Origin: Eledone cirrhosa
Taxonomy: Eukaryota
NCBI GenBank assembly: GCA_964016885.1
Contig: OZ024753.1
Coordinates: 34,844,001 to 34,908,000 of the forward strand
Length of the DNA: 64,000 nt
Reading direction: 5' to 3'
Below are positions 25,987-39,855 of the stretch, one piece after another (positions within the stretch are counted from its first letter, which is position 1; each line of letters begins with the position of its first letter). The notes beneath the pieces were generated by a model. The model saw only the letters and a program-made list of their open reading frames with translations, had not been told where the DNA came from and searched no databases. The translations under genes were made by a program, and so were the position numbers.

Positions 25987-26068
25987 AGTGCTCTGTCTAG
26001 ACAACTTCCAAAGAACATCCTGCCAGTCAAAGACTGTGTCTGTACAGTGTCAATTACTTTAAGAGAAC
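25987..26068 (-). CDS. Candidate 82-nt exon (SLKVIDTVQTQSLTGRMFFGSCLDRA)
   Basis: TTACAG acceptor, GTATGT donor, open frame; phase-compatible with 6210-6291. Confidence 0.25.
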
Positions 26069-26696
26069 CTGTAAGCTACAATATTGGCTCATTATATCAT
26101 TGTTCTCCCCCAGCACCACCTCTGACGACACCACCGCCACCACCAACACCAATTCTCAGATACTCTCATAAAAGCATCAGTCTTTTCTTTTTCCTTATGT
26201 TTTTATTAGCTGACAAGGAGGGTGGTAGGAGGGTGGGAAGGACATTATAATGAAATGGTATACTTTAAGTTATTGAAACTGACATTATGAAAGAGAAGGG
26301 AGAGAGCGAAAGTAAGAGAAAGAATGAGGAAGGGAGAGGAGGAGAGAAATAAAAAGAGAGAGGGAGGAAGAGAGGGCGGGAGTGAAAGTAAAAGAAATAG
26401 TGAGAAAGCGAGAAGGGGAGAGAAATAAAGAAAAAGAGGAGGAGGGAGATAGTTACAGAGAACGAGAGAGAGAGAGAAAGAGAGAGTCAACATTAGAATA
26501 AATCTATAATTCTCACAAAAGAGTGGCAATAGATTTTGACATAATGGAACATTTCTTTGTAAGTGGTGAGTTGGCAGAATTGTTAAAGTAACCATTGTAG
26601 AGAGTTCACATTAACAGACGTCCACTTTCCCACTTAGCCTTCCATCTTTTCACAGATTGGCAACATTGTTAGAATGTCTGATGAGAATGCCTTAAC

Positions 26697-26910
26697 CATT
26701 TAGCAATTACATTACTCTATATATATTATTGTATTTTTGTTGTAAAGACTTTATCTCTCATGATTATCTCACATAATATTGAATCGATGAGATTTTGATA
26801 TTATTCATTTTGAGAACAATACCTTAACATTACTATGAGCAGCCAGTTATAGCCAGTTTGAACAGAAAGAGGTGAGATAATGCTGGCCAGATATGGCCGG
26901 TTTAAATGGT
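26697..26910 (-). mobile_element. piggyBac-like MITE P1 (diverged)
   Basis: Reverse complement of the P1 internal sequence. Confidence 0.6.
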
Positions 26911-27001
26911 AAGATTTTTTTTTTGTTCAGGCTCTGTGTTCTAAGTTCCAAACCCAGTGTGGTTAGATTGAATGGTAGACTTCATATGTCACTCAGTTTA
27001 A

Positions 27002-27196
27002 CCCTTTAGCATTTAAACCAGCTGTAAAAGGCCAAAATTTTCTCACCTATTTCTGTTCAAACTGGCTGTAACTGGCCACTAAGGTATTGTTCTCAAAATA
27101 AATAATATCAAAATCTCATAGATTCGATATTATATGAGATAAAACCTTTACCATGAAAATACAATAGTATATATAGAGTAATGTCAATCTAAAGGG
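27002..27196 (+). mobile_element. piggyBac-like MITE P1
   Basis: TTAA-CCCTTTAG...CTAAAGGG-TTAA. Confidence 0.75.
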
Positions 27197-27726
27197 TTAA
27201 AATGTTTGTGTTGTATTAACTTCTACAACACTATATAATAATTATATCTTACATTTTAGTGTTATTTCATGAATATTATAATCAGTGAAGGCACATGGGT
27301 CAGTGGCTTGTAATTGGGAGGTTGTGAGTTCGGTTTTCAGACTGGGTGATGTGTTGCTCCTATGTGAGATAAAACCTTTACCATGAAAATACAATAGTAT
27401 ATATATAGAGAGAGAGTAATGTAAATGCTAAAGGGTTACTACCATCACTAGACACTTGGTTTACTTTTAGTAGAGGGCTGCTCTGTTTCAAGAATCATTA
27501 GAACATTGGATAGAATACTTTGCAGTATTCGTTTTGGCTCTCTACTCTCTCAGTTAAAATCCTGCTGAGGTCAACTCTGCCATTGATCCTTTCAAGGTCA
27601 AAAAAAAAAAGTCAATTCTTTCTTTATATCTCTTTCTCACTTCTTCACCTACTCTGGAAGAAATCAACTGCGTTCACATCTGGAGAGGAGATGCCCTCTG
27701 CCAGGTTTGAAATGAAAGCCGATTAA

Positions 27727-27870
27727 ATCAACCCCAGTGCATTACTGGTACTTTATTTTATAAGTATGAAAGGCAAAGCTAACCTCAGTGAGATTTGAAG
27801 TCAGAATGTAAAGGGTCGTAACTCTCAGCTACGAAGCAGGGTGGCCGATGCTCTACCGATTCTGCCAATT
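27727..27870 (-). mobile_element. SINE family A
   Basis: Similarity to family A. Confidence 0.65.
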
Positions 27871-28040
27871 TCATCAACAGCTCTGTTTAGCATCATTGCC
27901 ATGACTATTGCTACTACCACTACCAGTACCACATCTACCATCATTGCTATTACCACTAGACAACAACAGCAACAGCAACAACAACAATAATCACTAATTC
28001 ACAACCAGTAACATAATTCATGAAAATGTGGTGTAAAAAA

Positions 28041-28082
28041 ATAAAAGTAAACAATTTTATTCGGTTATTTTTTTATATTTAA

Positions 28083-28128
<46 letters not shown>

Positions 28129-28181
28129 GTATATATATATATATATTTAAATATAAAAAAATAGCCGAATAAAATTGTTTA

Positions 28182-28188
<7 letters not shown>
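28041..28188. repeat. Foldback inverted duplication of flanking DNA around a (TA)n centre
   Basis: ATAAAAGTAAACAATTTTATTCGGTTATTT... / ...ATAGCCGAATAAAATTGTTTACTTTTAT. Confidence 0.8.
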
Positions 28189-28224
<36 letters not shown>

Positions 28225-28227
28225 GTA

Positions 28228-28269
<42 letters not shown>

Positions 28270-28407
28270 GGTGATGATGATGATGATGATGATATATATA
28301 TATATATATATATTTATTAAAATAACAGATTAAAGTTTAAGCAAAGAATTGCTGCTTTCACCCTTAATTTTCACCCTTTGGATTTTAGTCTTCAAATTAA
28401 TTATTAT

Positions 28408-28450
<43 letters not shown>

Positions 28451-28490
28451 TATAACTATTAATAAAATAGATGTTCTTTTGATCAATTAC

Positions 28491-28543
28491 ATTTTATTAT
28501 ACATATTTCGGATGTACAACAGTACGTCCTCATCAGACAAAAT
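28491..28543 (-). ncRNA. Hammerhead ribozyme
   Basis: ATTTTGT-CTGATGA-GGACGTACTGTTGTACATCC-GAAA-TATGTA-TA-ATAAAAT. Confidence 0.75.
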
Positions 28544-28655
28544 CTAATGATACATGACATACCATGAGATGTTAAATGTTAAGATTTAATCAAGGTAGGA
28601 CTACCTTGATTAAATCTTAACATTTAACATCTCAGGGTATGTCATGTATCATTAT

Positions 28656-28708
28656 ATTTTGTCTGATGAGGACGTACTGTTGTTCATCTGAAATATGTAT
28701 AATAAAAT
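28656..28708 (+). ncRNA. Hammerhead ribozyme
   Basis: ATTTTGT-CTGATGA-GGA...TCT-GAAA-TATGTA-TA-ATAAAAT. Confidence 0.7.
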
Positions 28709-28856
28709 GTAATTGATCAAAAGAACATCTATTTTATTAATACTTATATTTTAATATTAATAACTCCTGAAAATTATTTTCCGTTGAGTGCTTCCAATCT
28801 ACTGTAAAACTCAATCTTTGACATAATCATCGAATATTGTTTAACAACTTAATACT

Positions 28857-28887
<31 letters not shown>

Positions 28888-28905
28888 TTATTTGTATTTA
28901 AGTTA

Positions 28906-28949
<44 letters not shown>

Positions 28950-29004
28950 ATATATGTTGCTTTTAAAACTAGAAAATAACCAAAGTTACACTTTATAGGT
29001 TATA

Positions 29005-29155
29005 TAATGTATGTGTGAGGGCATGTGCGTATATATATGTGTGTGTGTATGTATAGGTGCGTGGGCGTGTATGTTTATATATATATATGTATGTGTATGT
29101 GCATACATCTGTGTGTGTGAGTAAATATTTGTATGTATACATGTGTCTGTGCATG

Positions 29156-29186
<31 letters not shown>

Positions 29187-29445
29187 ACATGTATATGTAT
29201 GTACATATGTGTGTGCTTGTGTGTGTTTGCATGTGTCTGCACATGTATATATATATATACATTTGTACGTTCCTCCTCTGTGTGTGTTTGTATGTACATG
29301 TGTGTGTGTGCGTGCATGTGATTGTGTATGTGTACATACATATTTGTGTGTGTGTGCGTGTGTATGTGTGTACATGTGTGCGTGTACATGTGTGTGTGTG
29401 CGTGCGTGTACATGTGTGTGTGTGTACATGTGTGTGTGTGTGTGC

Positions 29446-29480
<35 letters not shown>

Positions 29481-29485
29481 CGTGT
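29005..29485. repeat. (TG)n-rich microsatellite complex
   Basis: Direct inspection. Confidence 0.9.
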
Positions 29486-30506
29486 ATAATGATTCTCTTT
29501 TATTTTGTTTTAACAAGTCCTGCCAACAAGCTTGTGCTCTCAGACAACACATAATTAGAAGGTATAAGAGGACTAATTGGATGGTTTGCCTAGCTTTTGA
29601 TTAGTAGAAAATGTACACACCTCATGTAGCAATGTAGTGGATGTTTGAAAATTTGTATAAAAAAAACACCCAGAAAACCAACAAAAAAACTCCAGAAAAC
29701 AAAGAAATAAAGAGAATATATAAAGGAAAGAAAAGGAAAGAGAGAGGTGTTGAGTGGAGAAAGTAAATGCGCTTTCAACAGGGTAAAGAGAGATGGGAAG
29801 AAGATATAGAGAATGAAAGAACGAAGAAAGATGTTTGTGTGAGAAGGATAATACAGCAGGAGAAAGAAAAAGGAAAAAAAAAAGAGAGAGAGAGAGAAAT
29901 AGAAAGAAAAAAAAGAGAAATATAAAATGTATGTTCATTTACTTATCACTGACTGAACAAAAATGGTGAATCAAAGATTTTAGAGAGAAGAAAAAAATGT
30001 AAGAGAGAGTTTCCGGTTTTGTTATTAAAAAAAAAAATATTGAAAAAAAAGGATTAATTTTGATAAAAATAACATATTTCATACTAAGCTCCATGAATGA
30101 TAAAATGGGTTGGCAGCATTGGTAGAGTTTCAGATAACACGCTTTGCAACATAGTTACATCCCTTTACATTCTGAGTTCAAATCCCACCGAGGTTAACTT
30201 TGCCTTTCATCCTTGTAGGGGGTATCACCCTTCTTAAGACCATCTCTGATTCTAAGATACAAAAGTCTCTTGTTTTAAGCCCTTTAATATTAACCCGCCT
30301 CTATGAACCCTTTTGGTACCAACCCAATTAAAACCAAGTCTGGTTCTATGAAACAAAACCATCCATTTTAAAGAGTTCCTATTTAAACAACAATTCTCCA
30401 GCATAAGTTTATATAAGAGCCATATGTTAAGTTACTGTCTTAATAATGAAATAATTAATAATTTTTGTAAATCCCTTAAAATTCTTCATTAATGAATTGA
30501 AATATA

Positions 30507-30700
30507 GGCGGTGGGGTGGATTGGCAGTATTGGTAGAGGGTTGGACGCCATGCTTTCCAGCATAGTTACGTCCCTTTACGATCTGAGTTCAAATCCTGCC
30601 GAGGTTTACTTTGCCTTTCATCCTTACGGGGTTCGATAAAATAAAGCACCAGTAATGCACTGGGTAATTGCTGGCCTTGTGCCTAAAGTAGAAACAATTA
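30507..30700 (+). mobile_element. SINE family A inserted within a MITE P2 remnant
   Basis: Full-length; flanked by an approximate direct repeat ATTAATGAATTGAAAT. Confidence 0.8.
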
Positions 30701-31685
30701 ATGAATTGAAATGGAGTGTATTTCATTAGAAATATGGTCAAGAGAGGACTAGTGTTCAAATTAAAATTAAAATCTTGGATAGAAATTTCATTTTTAAATG
30801 ACAGAGAACATTTGGTTTTAGTTATTAAATATTCTTTTATTATTAAGTTAATTATTTCCCTAAACCTCTCGTATCTATTGATTAGGTGATATAATATCTC
30901 TTGCCTCAAGTGGGACTACCCCCGTCCAAACCCATGAGAGCGTGGAACACGGACGTTAAACGTTGATGATGATGATGATGATGATGAATATTCTTGGTAG
31001 AAATATGGTCACAAAAATATTAAGTATTCATATTTAAATTAGATTCTTCCATTATAAGTTTATCTAAGGGACATTTTAAGTTATTTTCTAAACACTGGCA
31101 TAATAATAAAAACATTTCTTCATTATTTTCTCAATCAATTAAATTAAGGGGTTGGTGTTAGGAAGGGTATCCAGTCATAGAAACCATGCTGAAAACTTTG
31201 GTAGTGTATTTCATGAAAATATTTATTAATTATGGGTTGTTGATAAACATAACAAACCTCTAAATTCTTTATATAATAGTAATATAATAGTCTTAAGATG
31301 GTGTTACTTTTAACTATTTTGCTTTTTAATATCAGGGTTGTTCCTATTGTCTTTTGGGGAAGAACTAGTAATTTAGATAATGCTTGTTCTCATGATTAAG
31401 AATAAAATTTTGATTCATTAAAATTTCTTTTTTTTTTTTTTTTACATCAAGTAGGCTTATGCCCTACTTTACTATTATGTTTTCATGTAGATGTCGTCTC
31501 TGAGTACCTCACCACGACCAGTCATAATTTTCTTTGGGTGGCAAAACAAACTGCTGCATTTTTTGGTACTTAAAGAGTGCCAAGAAACGTACTAGTATGA
31601 TATTTGGCATGCAAAAAGTTAAATATAGGTTCAGACAATGTAAATTTCATCAAAATAACTTTTATTATATCTTTGACAATGTCAG

Positions 31686-31900
31686 GGCAGTGGATTGGCA
31701 GAATCAGTAGAGAGTCGGACACCATGCTTTGCAGCATAGAGTTACGGTCTTTTACGTTCTGAGTTCAAATCCCGCCAAGGTTAACTTTTCCTTTCAACCT
31801 TATGGAGTCGATAAAATAAAGTACCAGTAACGTACCGGAGTCCATTTAATCGACTTTCCTCTCCCCCCAAATTACTGGCCTTGTGCCTATACTAGAAATC
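31686..31900 (+). mobile_element. SINE family A (long variant)
   Basis: Flanked by direct repeat ATTATATCTTTGACAATGT (probable TSD). Confidence 0.8.
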
Positions 31901-32283
31901 ATTATATCTTTGACAATGTTTTTTGAAAAATGCCAAAATTAACAGGTAATCCCAGACAGTAGCAGTAGAATACCAAAAACAACACAGGCACTGCTATATT
32001 TCTAATGAAAGACATTGCTTGTGATTTACAATTAATTTTGATAGAAGGATGATAATGAATATGATAATCATCATCATCAGCATCATTTTATATTCACTTT
32101 CTGTGCTCACATGGGTTAGATCAATTATTACAGACCAACCCTTCTAAACAAGTCAGAAGACCAAATCTCATTTGTATGTTCCAATTTTTAGCATGGTTTC
32201 TAAGACTGGATGCCCTTCCTATTCCGGGTGCATTTTATTATGGCCACTAGCACTAGAGAGATTGTCATATCACCATTCTCAGT

Positions 32284-32469
32284 TGTGGATTGGCAGTATC
32301 GGGAGAGGGTCGGACGCCATGCTTTCCAGCATAGTTACGTCCCTTTACGATCTGAGTTCAAATCCCGCCGAGGTTGACTTTACCTTTCATCCTTACGGGG
32401 TCGATAAAATAAAGTACCAGTAATGCACTGGATAATTGCTGGCCTTGTGCCTAAAAGTAGAAACAATTA
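32284..32469 (+). mobile_element. SINE family A
   Basis: Full-length match. Confidence 0.8.
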
Positions 32470-35300
32470 TCTGTTCACTGCAAGGCGAAGGTCTCCCCAA
32501 GCTGGTGCCAATTGTTTCTATCCTGGCCTGCTCACATCCACGTAACAACCATAAACGTATTGAGCTGTTTATCTTTGCTTCTCATCTTCCCTCAACTACA
32601 ACTATGTAAATATATTCTATACAAAGCTTTGTCCATCTGTTGCTATTTTACTTGTTATTATTAATTTGAATAAGAAATTAATTATATTCTGCATGGAATG
32701 GTAAACCCAAATATAATTAGGGGAAAACATACTGTTTTGAAATTAACTTGAAGAGCAATTCTTTATATAGTTTTTAATAGATTACTTGTAGTCATATTTA
32801 TTATGAAACACGTGTTTCAGTTAATTGTGAAAATAATTAAGAATGTAAAAGTATTTAGTAAAAATAATTAACTTTTCTTCTTGTTATTTAAGTTGTCTTT
32901 GGAATATAGTTTAACAAAAGGGTCTTAGCATAAATTATTATGCACAGTTTTAATTTAAATATGAACACTTTAAAATGAAAGGCTTTGTAAGATAGAACTA
33001 AAATTAGTCCCAGATGGACTGATATTAAAAACACAATGAAAATAACAATCAGACCTCTGAAGAACTTTGTTTACAAGGAAGAATGTTCATCTTAATATAA
33101 CAACAATATTAATAACATTTTATCAGATTGAGGCTCGATAATAAAATTGAATCATATCAGATGAAATTTAGATGCAAAAATGATTCACTTGTTAAAATAT
33201 TCTGACAATTAAATTTGAAAAAAAAAAAGATGAAGAAGAAATCAAATTAAATAAATGAATTATAACAGAAATTTGATTTGATTTGTTTCAATTTGAAAGG
33301 AAATTAGAAGAGAAAAAAAGAAAAGAACAAAAATTCAAGCATGCTGATGTTTTTCTTTAGGATCGGTTACTTTATTATCATTATTATTATTATTACTATT
33401 ATTACTACTACTACTAAATTTTACAAGAAACCAATTGCAACTCAAAATACACTTCAGATAATGTTAATGGTTTCTAGAAGAGCTGGAAGCTAATTTGACG
33501 TGATTTCTTAATTTTTTTTTCCTAATTTACTTAATTCTCAGATAAAAAGTAGAAAATCACCACCACCACCACCATCATCACTATAACCATCATTGTTATT
33601 GTCACCACAACAATCTCCATTTTCATTGAATTTGGTGTAGATAAAATAAAATTACTGGTCAATGATCCATGGATAAATGGTCCACATATAAATAAGAGAC
33701 AGGTAAGAATTTAATAGTTTTACAGGTGAGTCTGATGAAGATGACTCCCAGATAAACTTGATCCTGATTAGCATTTTCAATACCATATTTCTAAATCTAA
33801 ATTTAATCCCAAAGAGAAGAAACCACAACATTTTCTTTGAAAGTTCCCTTTACTCTGAAGAAGGGAATTTTAGTCCCGAAATATTAGGACGAAAGAAACA
33901 ACAGCAACAACAACAAAGCAAACATTACCAGGTAACTTACTTTTTTGTTACCTTCATCTTACCGTCCTCTTTGCATTCTTTAGTCTTATATCACTTTCCA
34001 CATTATATATTATATACAATGCTTCAAGCAAACTACAACATTTTATTATTTTCACTACCATATTTCTAATGAAAGACACTGTTTATGATTGTAAAATACT
34101 TTTGAAAATATTCCAGAACTTGGAAGGATTTAGTAATGTATTTAACTTTCTCATTATTAAGCAGTTGCCCAAGGTTGAAGACACTTGCCCAAGGTGCTAT
34201 GAAGTGAGACTGAACCTGAAACCAAGTGGTTCTGAAATGAGTTCCTTAAACACACAATCATATATGCAAAAACAAAAAAACAATTCTTAGTTAAGTGAAA
34301 TTTTCCTCTCATCTTTTTTAAACATTTTTAGCAGTTCTACTTAGTAATGAATTTACAGTTTTCATACAACACTATATGCAAGAAATTCAGAATAAAAACC
34401 ACCTAAAACTCTCTTCTATTTTGATTCCTTACATTTTAACACTTGAAGGGGCTTTTAAATAAATAATTTCTGAATTAGTGTATTAATATTTAAAACCAGG
34501 CTCGCTGAAAAAGCTGCGTTAGATTTTATCGACCATCCAAAAGTATAACATTATAAGGAAGTTTCTTAAGAGCTTCCAGCACTCAAATAAATTTCTGTTT
34601 TCATATTCCAATTATTTATGATGCTTTTACGAATCACAAGGCCACAAACAAACCAATAAAGAAGTTTCTATATGGTTGATTGCCATATTTGATACAGCAG
34701 CCCAAAATCTCCACTCAAATCACACCCTCAGGGCTCTAAAAAGGATACATTAAAACAAGTAACCTATAAATACACTGAATGTACAAAAAATAAAAAAAGA
34801 TAAAGTGGAATAATCTTAGCTGCAATACCTTTGATCATAAATCTTCACAATCAGGTCTGACCTGAAGCTCAACATTAACCTCCAGTGGCTTTCAACATCA
34901 ACTGAACATCTGACTCATGAATTAACATTTATTATGTATTTATTCATTTATTTATTTAATCAATTTAAATGTCCGTATAGAGCTAGTAAGCCATGGAAGA
35001 CTTTTATGGTATCTTTTTTACAGTTGAGAAACAAAAAAAAACAAAAAAATAGACAGATATAAGTGAAAATAAAAATAAAAATAAAAAATTAAATTAAATT
35101 TTAAAAATAAATAGGGGAAGAGGGGGGGGGGGGGGGAAACAGTAGGCAAAATAAGCATAAAAAATGTTAAAGAAAAAATGGAAAGCAAGACAACTGTAAA
35201 GCAGCTAGAAGGTTCTATTGTTGAATCTTTTCATAACCTCCATGTGTAATCATTTAGTTGTTTGTGAAGATCTGAAGAATTTTATTTTCCCTTTCTTTAA

Positions 35301-35535
35301 CCCTTTAGTTACCAACCCGGCAAAAACCAGCTCTGGTTCTATGAAATAAAGACACCCATTTTAAAAGTTTCCAAATTAAATTAAAACCTTCCAACATGAT
35401 TTTATATAAGAACCACCTTACAGTAAGTTACTGTCTTCGTAATGAAATAATTAATAATTTTAGTAAATCCCTCAAAATTCTTCATTAATCAATTAAAATA
35501 GAGTGAAATTCATTAGAAATGTGGTTATAAAAGGG
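35301..35535 (+). mobile_element. piggyBac-like MITE family P2
   Basis: TTAA-CCCTTTAGTTACC...GGTTATAAAAGGG-TTAA; relatives near 6350, 11600-11840, 30305, 37845. Confidence 0.7.
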
Positions 35536-36324
35536 TTAATCCATTTGTTGCTAATTAGTGTTATCTGTAAACTGAATCAGAGTCTTCAAGTTAGCCATTA
35601 GCAATGTCACAGTGAATAGAGAGATTTGTTATTCCACACAAGTGCAATTGCAAATATTCATCTTTTCTTTTCCTCAAATGAAACAAATTTAAAGATAGTT
35701 CTTCTAATGTATTTTATGAAAGATGGGTGAGGGTGACAGGATGGGTGAAGGTGACGAGGTGGGTGAGGGTGACAGGATGGGTGGGGCTTAACAGGCCTAA
35801 TCTGACAATGCTTTTCTTAGCAAGAGGAAAGAAACTGGGAGATAACACTTTCAATGCCAATCAGGCAACAGAGTAATCAAGGGCTTGTTTGTTTTTTTTT
35901 TTTGTTTTTTTTGTTTTTTTGTTTTTTTTTGGGGGGGGGGGTCTCCCTGAAATTACCCTGCCTCACTATGAACATGTCCTTGTTGACATTTATTATTGTT
36001 TTCTATTGCTATCAAATCCACACACACACACACTATGAAATCCATACACACACACACACACACACCTAGTCTCTCAGTCCTTCACACACACACACACACA
36101 CACACAATCAAATTTACAGACACACAGGTACACACACACACACACACACACACACAATCAAATTTACAGACACACAGGTACACACACACACTATCCAATC
36201 CACACATTAGTTCCAGATAATTTCAAAAAAAGGCTAATTTACTTCCTCCTTGTATTGTGTCTAAATGATTCTTCTCATTAATCAGGAAATTATTTGTTGC
36301 TGCTGCTGCTACTGATAGGTGTTG

Positions 36325-36590
36325 GTTGTGATGGTGGTGGTGGTGGTGGTCATGGTGGTGGTGGTGGTGGTCATGGTGGTGGTGGTGGTGGTCATGGTGG
36401 TGGTGGTGGTGGTGGTCATGGTGGTGGTGGTGATCATGGTGGTGGTGGTGGTGGTGGTGGCGATGGTTATGGTGGTGTTGCAGTGGTATTGGTGACGGAG
36501 GTGGTAGTGGTATTGGTGATGGTGGTGGTGGTGGTATTGTTGGTCGTTGTGATGGTGGTGATGTTAGTGGGAGTGGTGGTGGAGGTGTGT
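36325..36590. repeat. (GGT)n trinucleotide repeat
   Basis: Direct inspection. Confidence 0.9.
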
Positions 36591-36952
36591 ATGGAGGGGG
36601 GGTTAATAAAGGGGAGGGTGGAAATGATTCACTTAGGATGTTTGAAATCCACAGGATCTCACTGAAACATTTTCAAATGTATTCACTGAAATTCTCTAAT
36701 TTCTTCAGTTCCAGCCAAGCATGATTTTAATATTTTAGTTTCACTAAAAGGTATAGAATATACACTGAATCTTGTCACTTGACTGAGTCTAAATGAAGAA
36801 GAATAGATTTTACAGTATATTATTAGCATATTATTTCAATTTTCCGAGGTTTATTTGATTTGACATGGCACGCTGTGTCATAACAACAACAACAATAATG
36901 ATAATTAAAGTTTGAACAGATGATGATGATGATGATGATGATGATAAAAATA

Positions 36953-37472
36953 ACTGTTTCTACTTCTTGCACAAGCCCAGCAATTACCCCCAGTGCTTTA
37001 CTGGTGCTCTATTTTATCAACCCCGTAAAGATGAGAGTTAACCTCGGCGGGATTTGAACTCAGACCATAACGGGCCGTAACTCTATGCATCAAAGCATGG
37101 CGTCCGACACTCTACTGATACTGCCAATCCACCGCCCCTTATGATGATGATGATGATAATAATAATAATTGTTTCTACTTTTGGCACAAGGCCAGCAATT
37201 ATCCCAGTGTATTACTGGTACTTTATTTTATCGACCCCGTAAGGATGAAAGGCAACGTTAACCTCGGCGGGATTTGAACTCTGGTTTCTGTTTTAGGCAC
37301 AAGGCCAGCAATTTTGGGGGAAGGGGGAAGTCAATGAAATCAACCCCAGTGCATTACTGGTGCTTTATTTTATTGGCCTCCTAAGGATGAAAGACAAAGC
37401 TAACCTGGGCGGGATTTGAACTCAGAACGTAAAGAGCCTAAACTCTATGTCACAAAGCATATTATTCGACAC
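36953..37472 (-). mobile_element. Cluster of three SINE family A copies (36953-37138, 37167-37281, 37284-37472)
   Basis: Repeated GGCGGGATTTGAACTC and CACAAG motifs. Confidence 0.75.
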
Positions 37473-38287
37473 TGAATAATGGTTTCTTTATTAACCACAC
37501 ACAGGGCTTACATTAAGAGGACAATAAAGACAGTTCAACAGTTCAATGTGGCGGGAAGGGGGGGGGGTGAGAGAAAGATTTATAACAAAGACTTAAAAAT
37601 AAATATTTTTAAAAAATCAAAACAATAATAATAATCTCTTTTCAATAAGAAAGTCAACCATGTAGAGCAGCAGGGAATTAATTAAATCTTATTTAATTAA
37701 GCAATGACTAGTCATTGAAAACACCAGAGATACTGTCCCCTGTGTATGATGCACCATAGTGAGGACTGATACATAGCAACGGGGCCCTGTAGATGATCTC
37801 CATAACAAATATTGGTGACTTTGTTATCACAGTTGGTGACTTTAACCCTTTCTTTACCATATTTCTAAGGAAATACAATTCAATGTATTCCAATTATTCA
37901 ACGAAGAATTTTAATACATTTGCTAAAATTATTAATTATTTTGTTATTAAGAAGGTATTTGTATTATAACTTAACAAAAGTTTCGCTTCCTGTTGAGAGG
38001 GATTTTCTGAGTAAAGAACAAGCATGGAAGAAGTGACTTATGATGATATTAATGAGGGTTTTAATTGATTAAATCAAATCTACTGTATTTACCTGCCTTT
38101 ACTGACATGTAAACCTCATAAGCAGCCAGCTAAATCTGTACAGGTGTTAGCCATAAAAACAACAATCAACATACACTCTTTGTAGATTCTGTGCCTATAT
38201 AAGCAAAGATACCTTGCATATCCTATAAAGATTCAATATCAATTACCTGAGCAAACAGTTTCTAAAGCAAGTCAAATATTTCTTTAA

Positions 38288-38495
38288 CCCTTTAGCATTT
38301 AAACCAGTCATATTCATCCAGAATTCTCTCACCTCTTTCTGTTCAAACCGGCTATAAACAGCTTCTCATACTGATGTTAAAGTATAGTTTTCAAAATAAA
38401 TAATATCAAAATCTCATAGATCTAATATTATGTAAGATAAAGTGTTTACCATGATAATATAATAGTATATATAGAGTAATGTAAATGCTAAAGGG
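38288..38495 (+). mobile_element. piggyBac-like MITE P1 (intact, 208 bp)
   Basis: TTAA TSD on both sides; TIR CCCTTTAGCATTTA / TAAATGCTAAAGGG. Confidence 0.85.
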
Positions 38496-38514
38496 TTAAG
38501 GCTTAACTAAGAAC

Positions 38515-38790
38515 TTCTTCTTTGCCCACTTCTTCCTGAGAGGGTCGTGAGAGCAGGGTCCTCAAACACTCTTTCCAGCAGATCCTGTCAGAAACAAACT
38601 GTACCCAATTAAACTGGCTGGATCTCCAAGCAAGACCAGCCAAGCTCGTGGACGTTATCTAACCATCTTGCTTCAGGTCTACCCCTGGGTGTCTTGCCAG
38701 TTGATTTTGCCCGTAAAATCTGCCCAGCAATTCTTTCCTGAGTCATTCTAGCTACATGCCCTGTAGTATCAGAGCTGAGAACTCTCAATT
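38515..38790 (-). mobile_element. Old RTE LINE 3' fragment
   Basis: GHVARM...GKTPRGRPEARWLD motif; related fragments at ~14590-14840. Confidence 0.65.
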
Positions 38791-39002
38791 CCAAGAAATA
38801 GTAGCTCTATCTGGAGCTACGCACAAACAACTTTAAGCTACACAATAACAACATTCTCGACAAAATTCCACAGAGTCATTAATTCAACACATCTTTTCTT
38901 CTTCCCATCTTTTTATATATATATATATATATATCATCATCATCATCATCATTTTACGTCCGCTTTTCCCTGCTTGCAAGGGTGGGACGGGTCTTATATA
39001 TA

Positions 39003-39067
<65 letters not shown>

Positions 39068-39085
39068 TATATATATATATATATT

Positions 39086-39136
<51 letters not shown>

Positions 39137-39139
39137 ATT

Positions 39140-39171
<32 letters not shown>

Positions 39172-39201
39172 TATATATTTATATATATATATTTATATAT
39201 T

Positions 39202-39260
<59 letters not shown>

Positions 39261-39338
39261 ATTTATATATATATATATATATATATAGTGAAAAATGGAA
39301 CGGGAACAAAACAGAGGCAGTACGAACAAATATATATA

Positions 39339-39387
<49 letters not shown>

Positions 39388-39742
39388 TTATTCTTCTTTT
39401 CATGCATCTATCCAACAGAAACTATCTTATATACAAAGCTTGTGTTTCTTAATGGCAGCTTCCTGCTGAATATTGGATGCTGTTGAAGTAAATCTCTCAC
39501 AGAATTTTTACCTGATAAGCTACACAGCTGGTTCCAGTAACAACTTCACCAACAGGAATATATTACTATAAGCAGCAATTTACCAACTTAGTCATTATTT
39601 CTCTTTCAAATCTATTCTTTTGAGAATTTTACCATTTTTGAGAATTTTACATCTTTTGAGAATTTTACCATTTTTGTTTGTCTAGTCTTTCTACTTATTT
39701 AAATACCCCTTCTACTTATATGTATATATATATATGTGTATG

Positions 39743-39776
<34 letters not shown>

Positions 39777-39795
39777 CAATTAAGTTAAAATTTGT

Positions 39796-39854
<59 letters not shown>

Positions 39855-39855
<1 letters not shown>

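Larger units (their letters stand above)
28444..28860. mobile_element. Palindromic hammerhead element with tail ~28758-28860
   Basis: Arms meet at AAGGTAG-GA-CTACCTT; same family as 53668-53992. Confidence 0.8.

Noticed and set aside
26675-26695. Isolated CTGANGA words (also ~33057, ~33732, ~54782 minus)
   Set aside because: No stem II-GAAA-NUH-stem I arrangement follows
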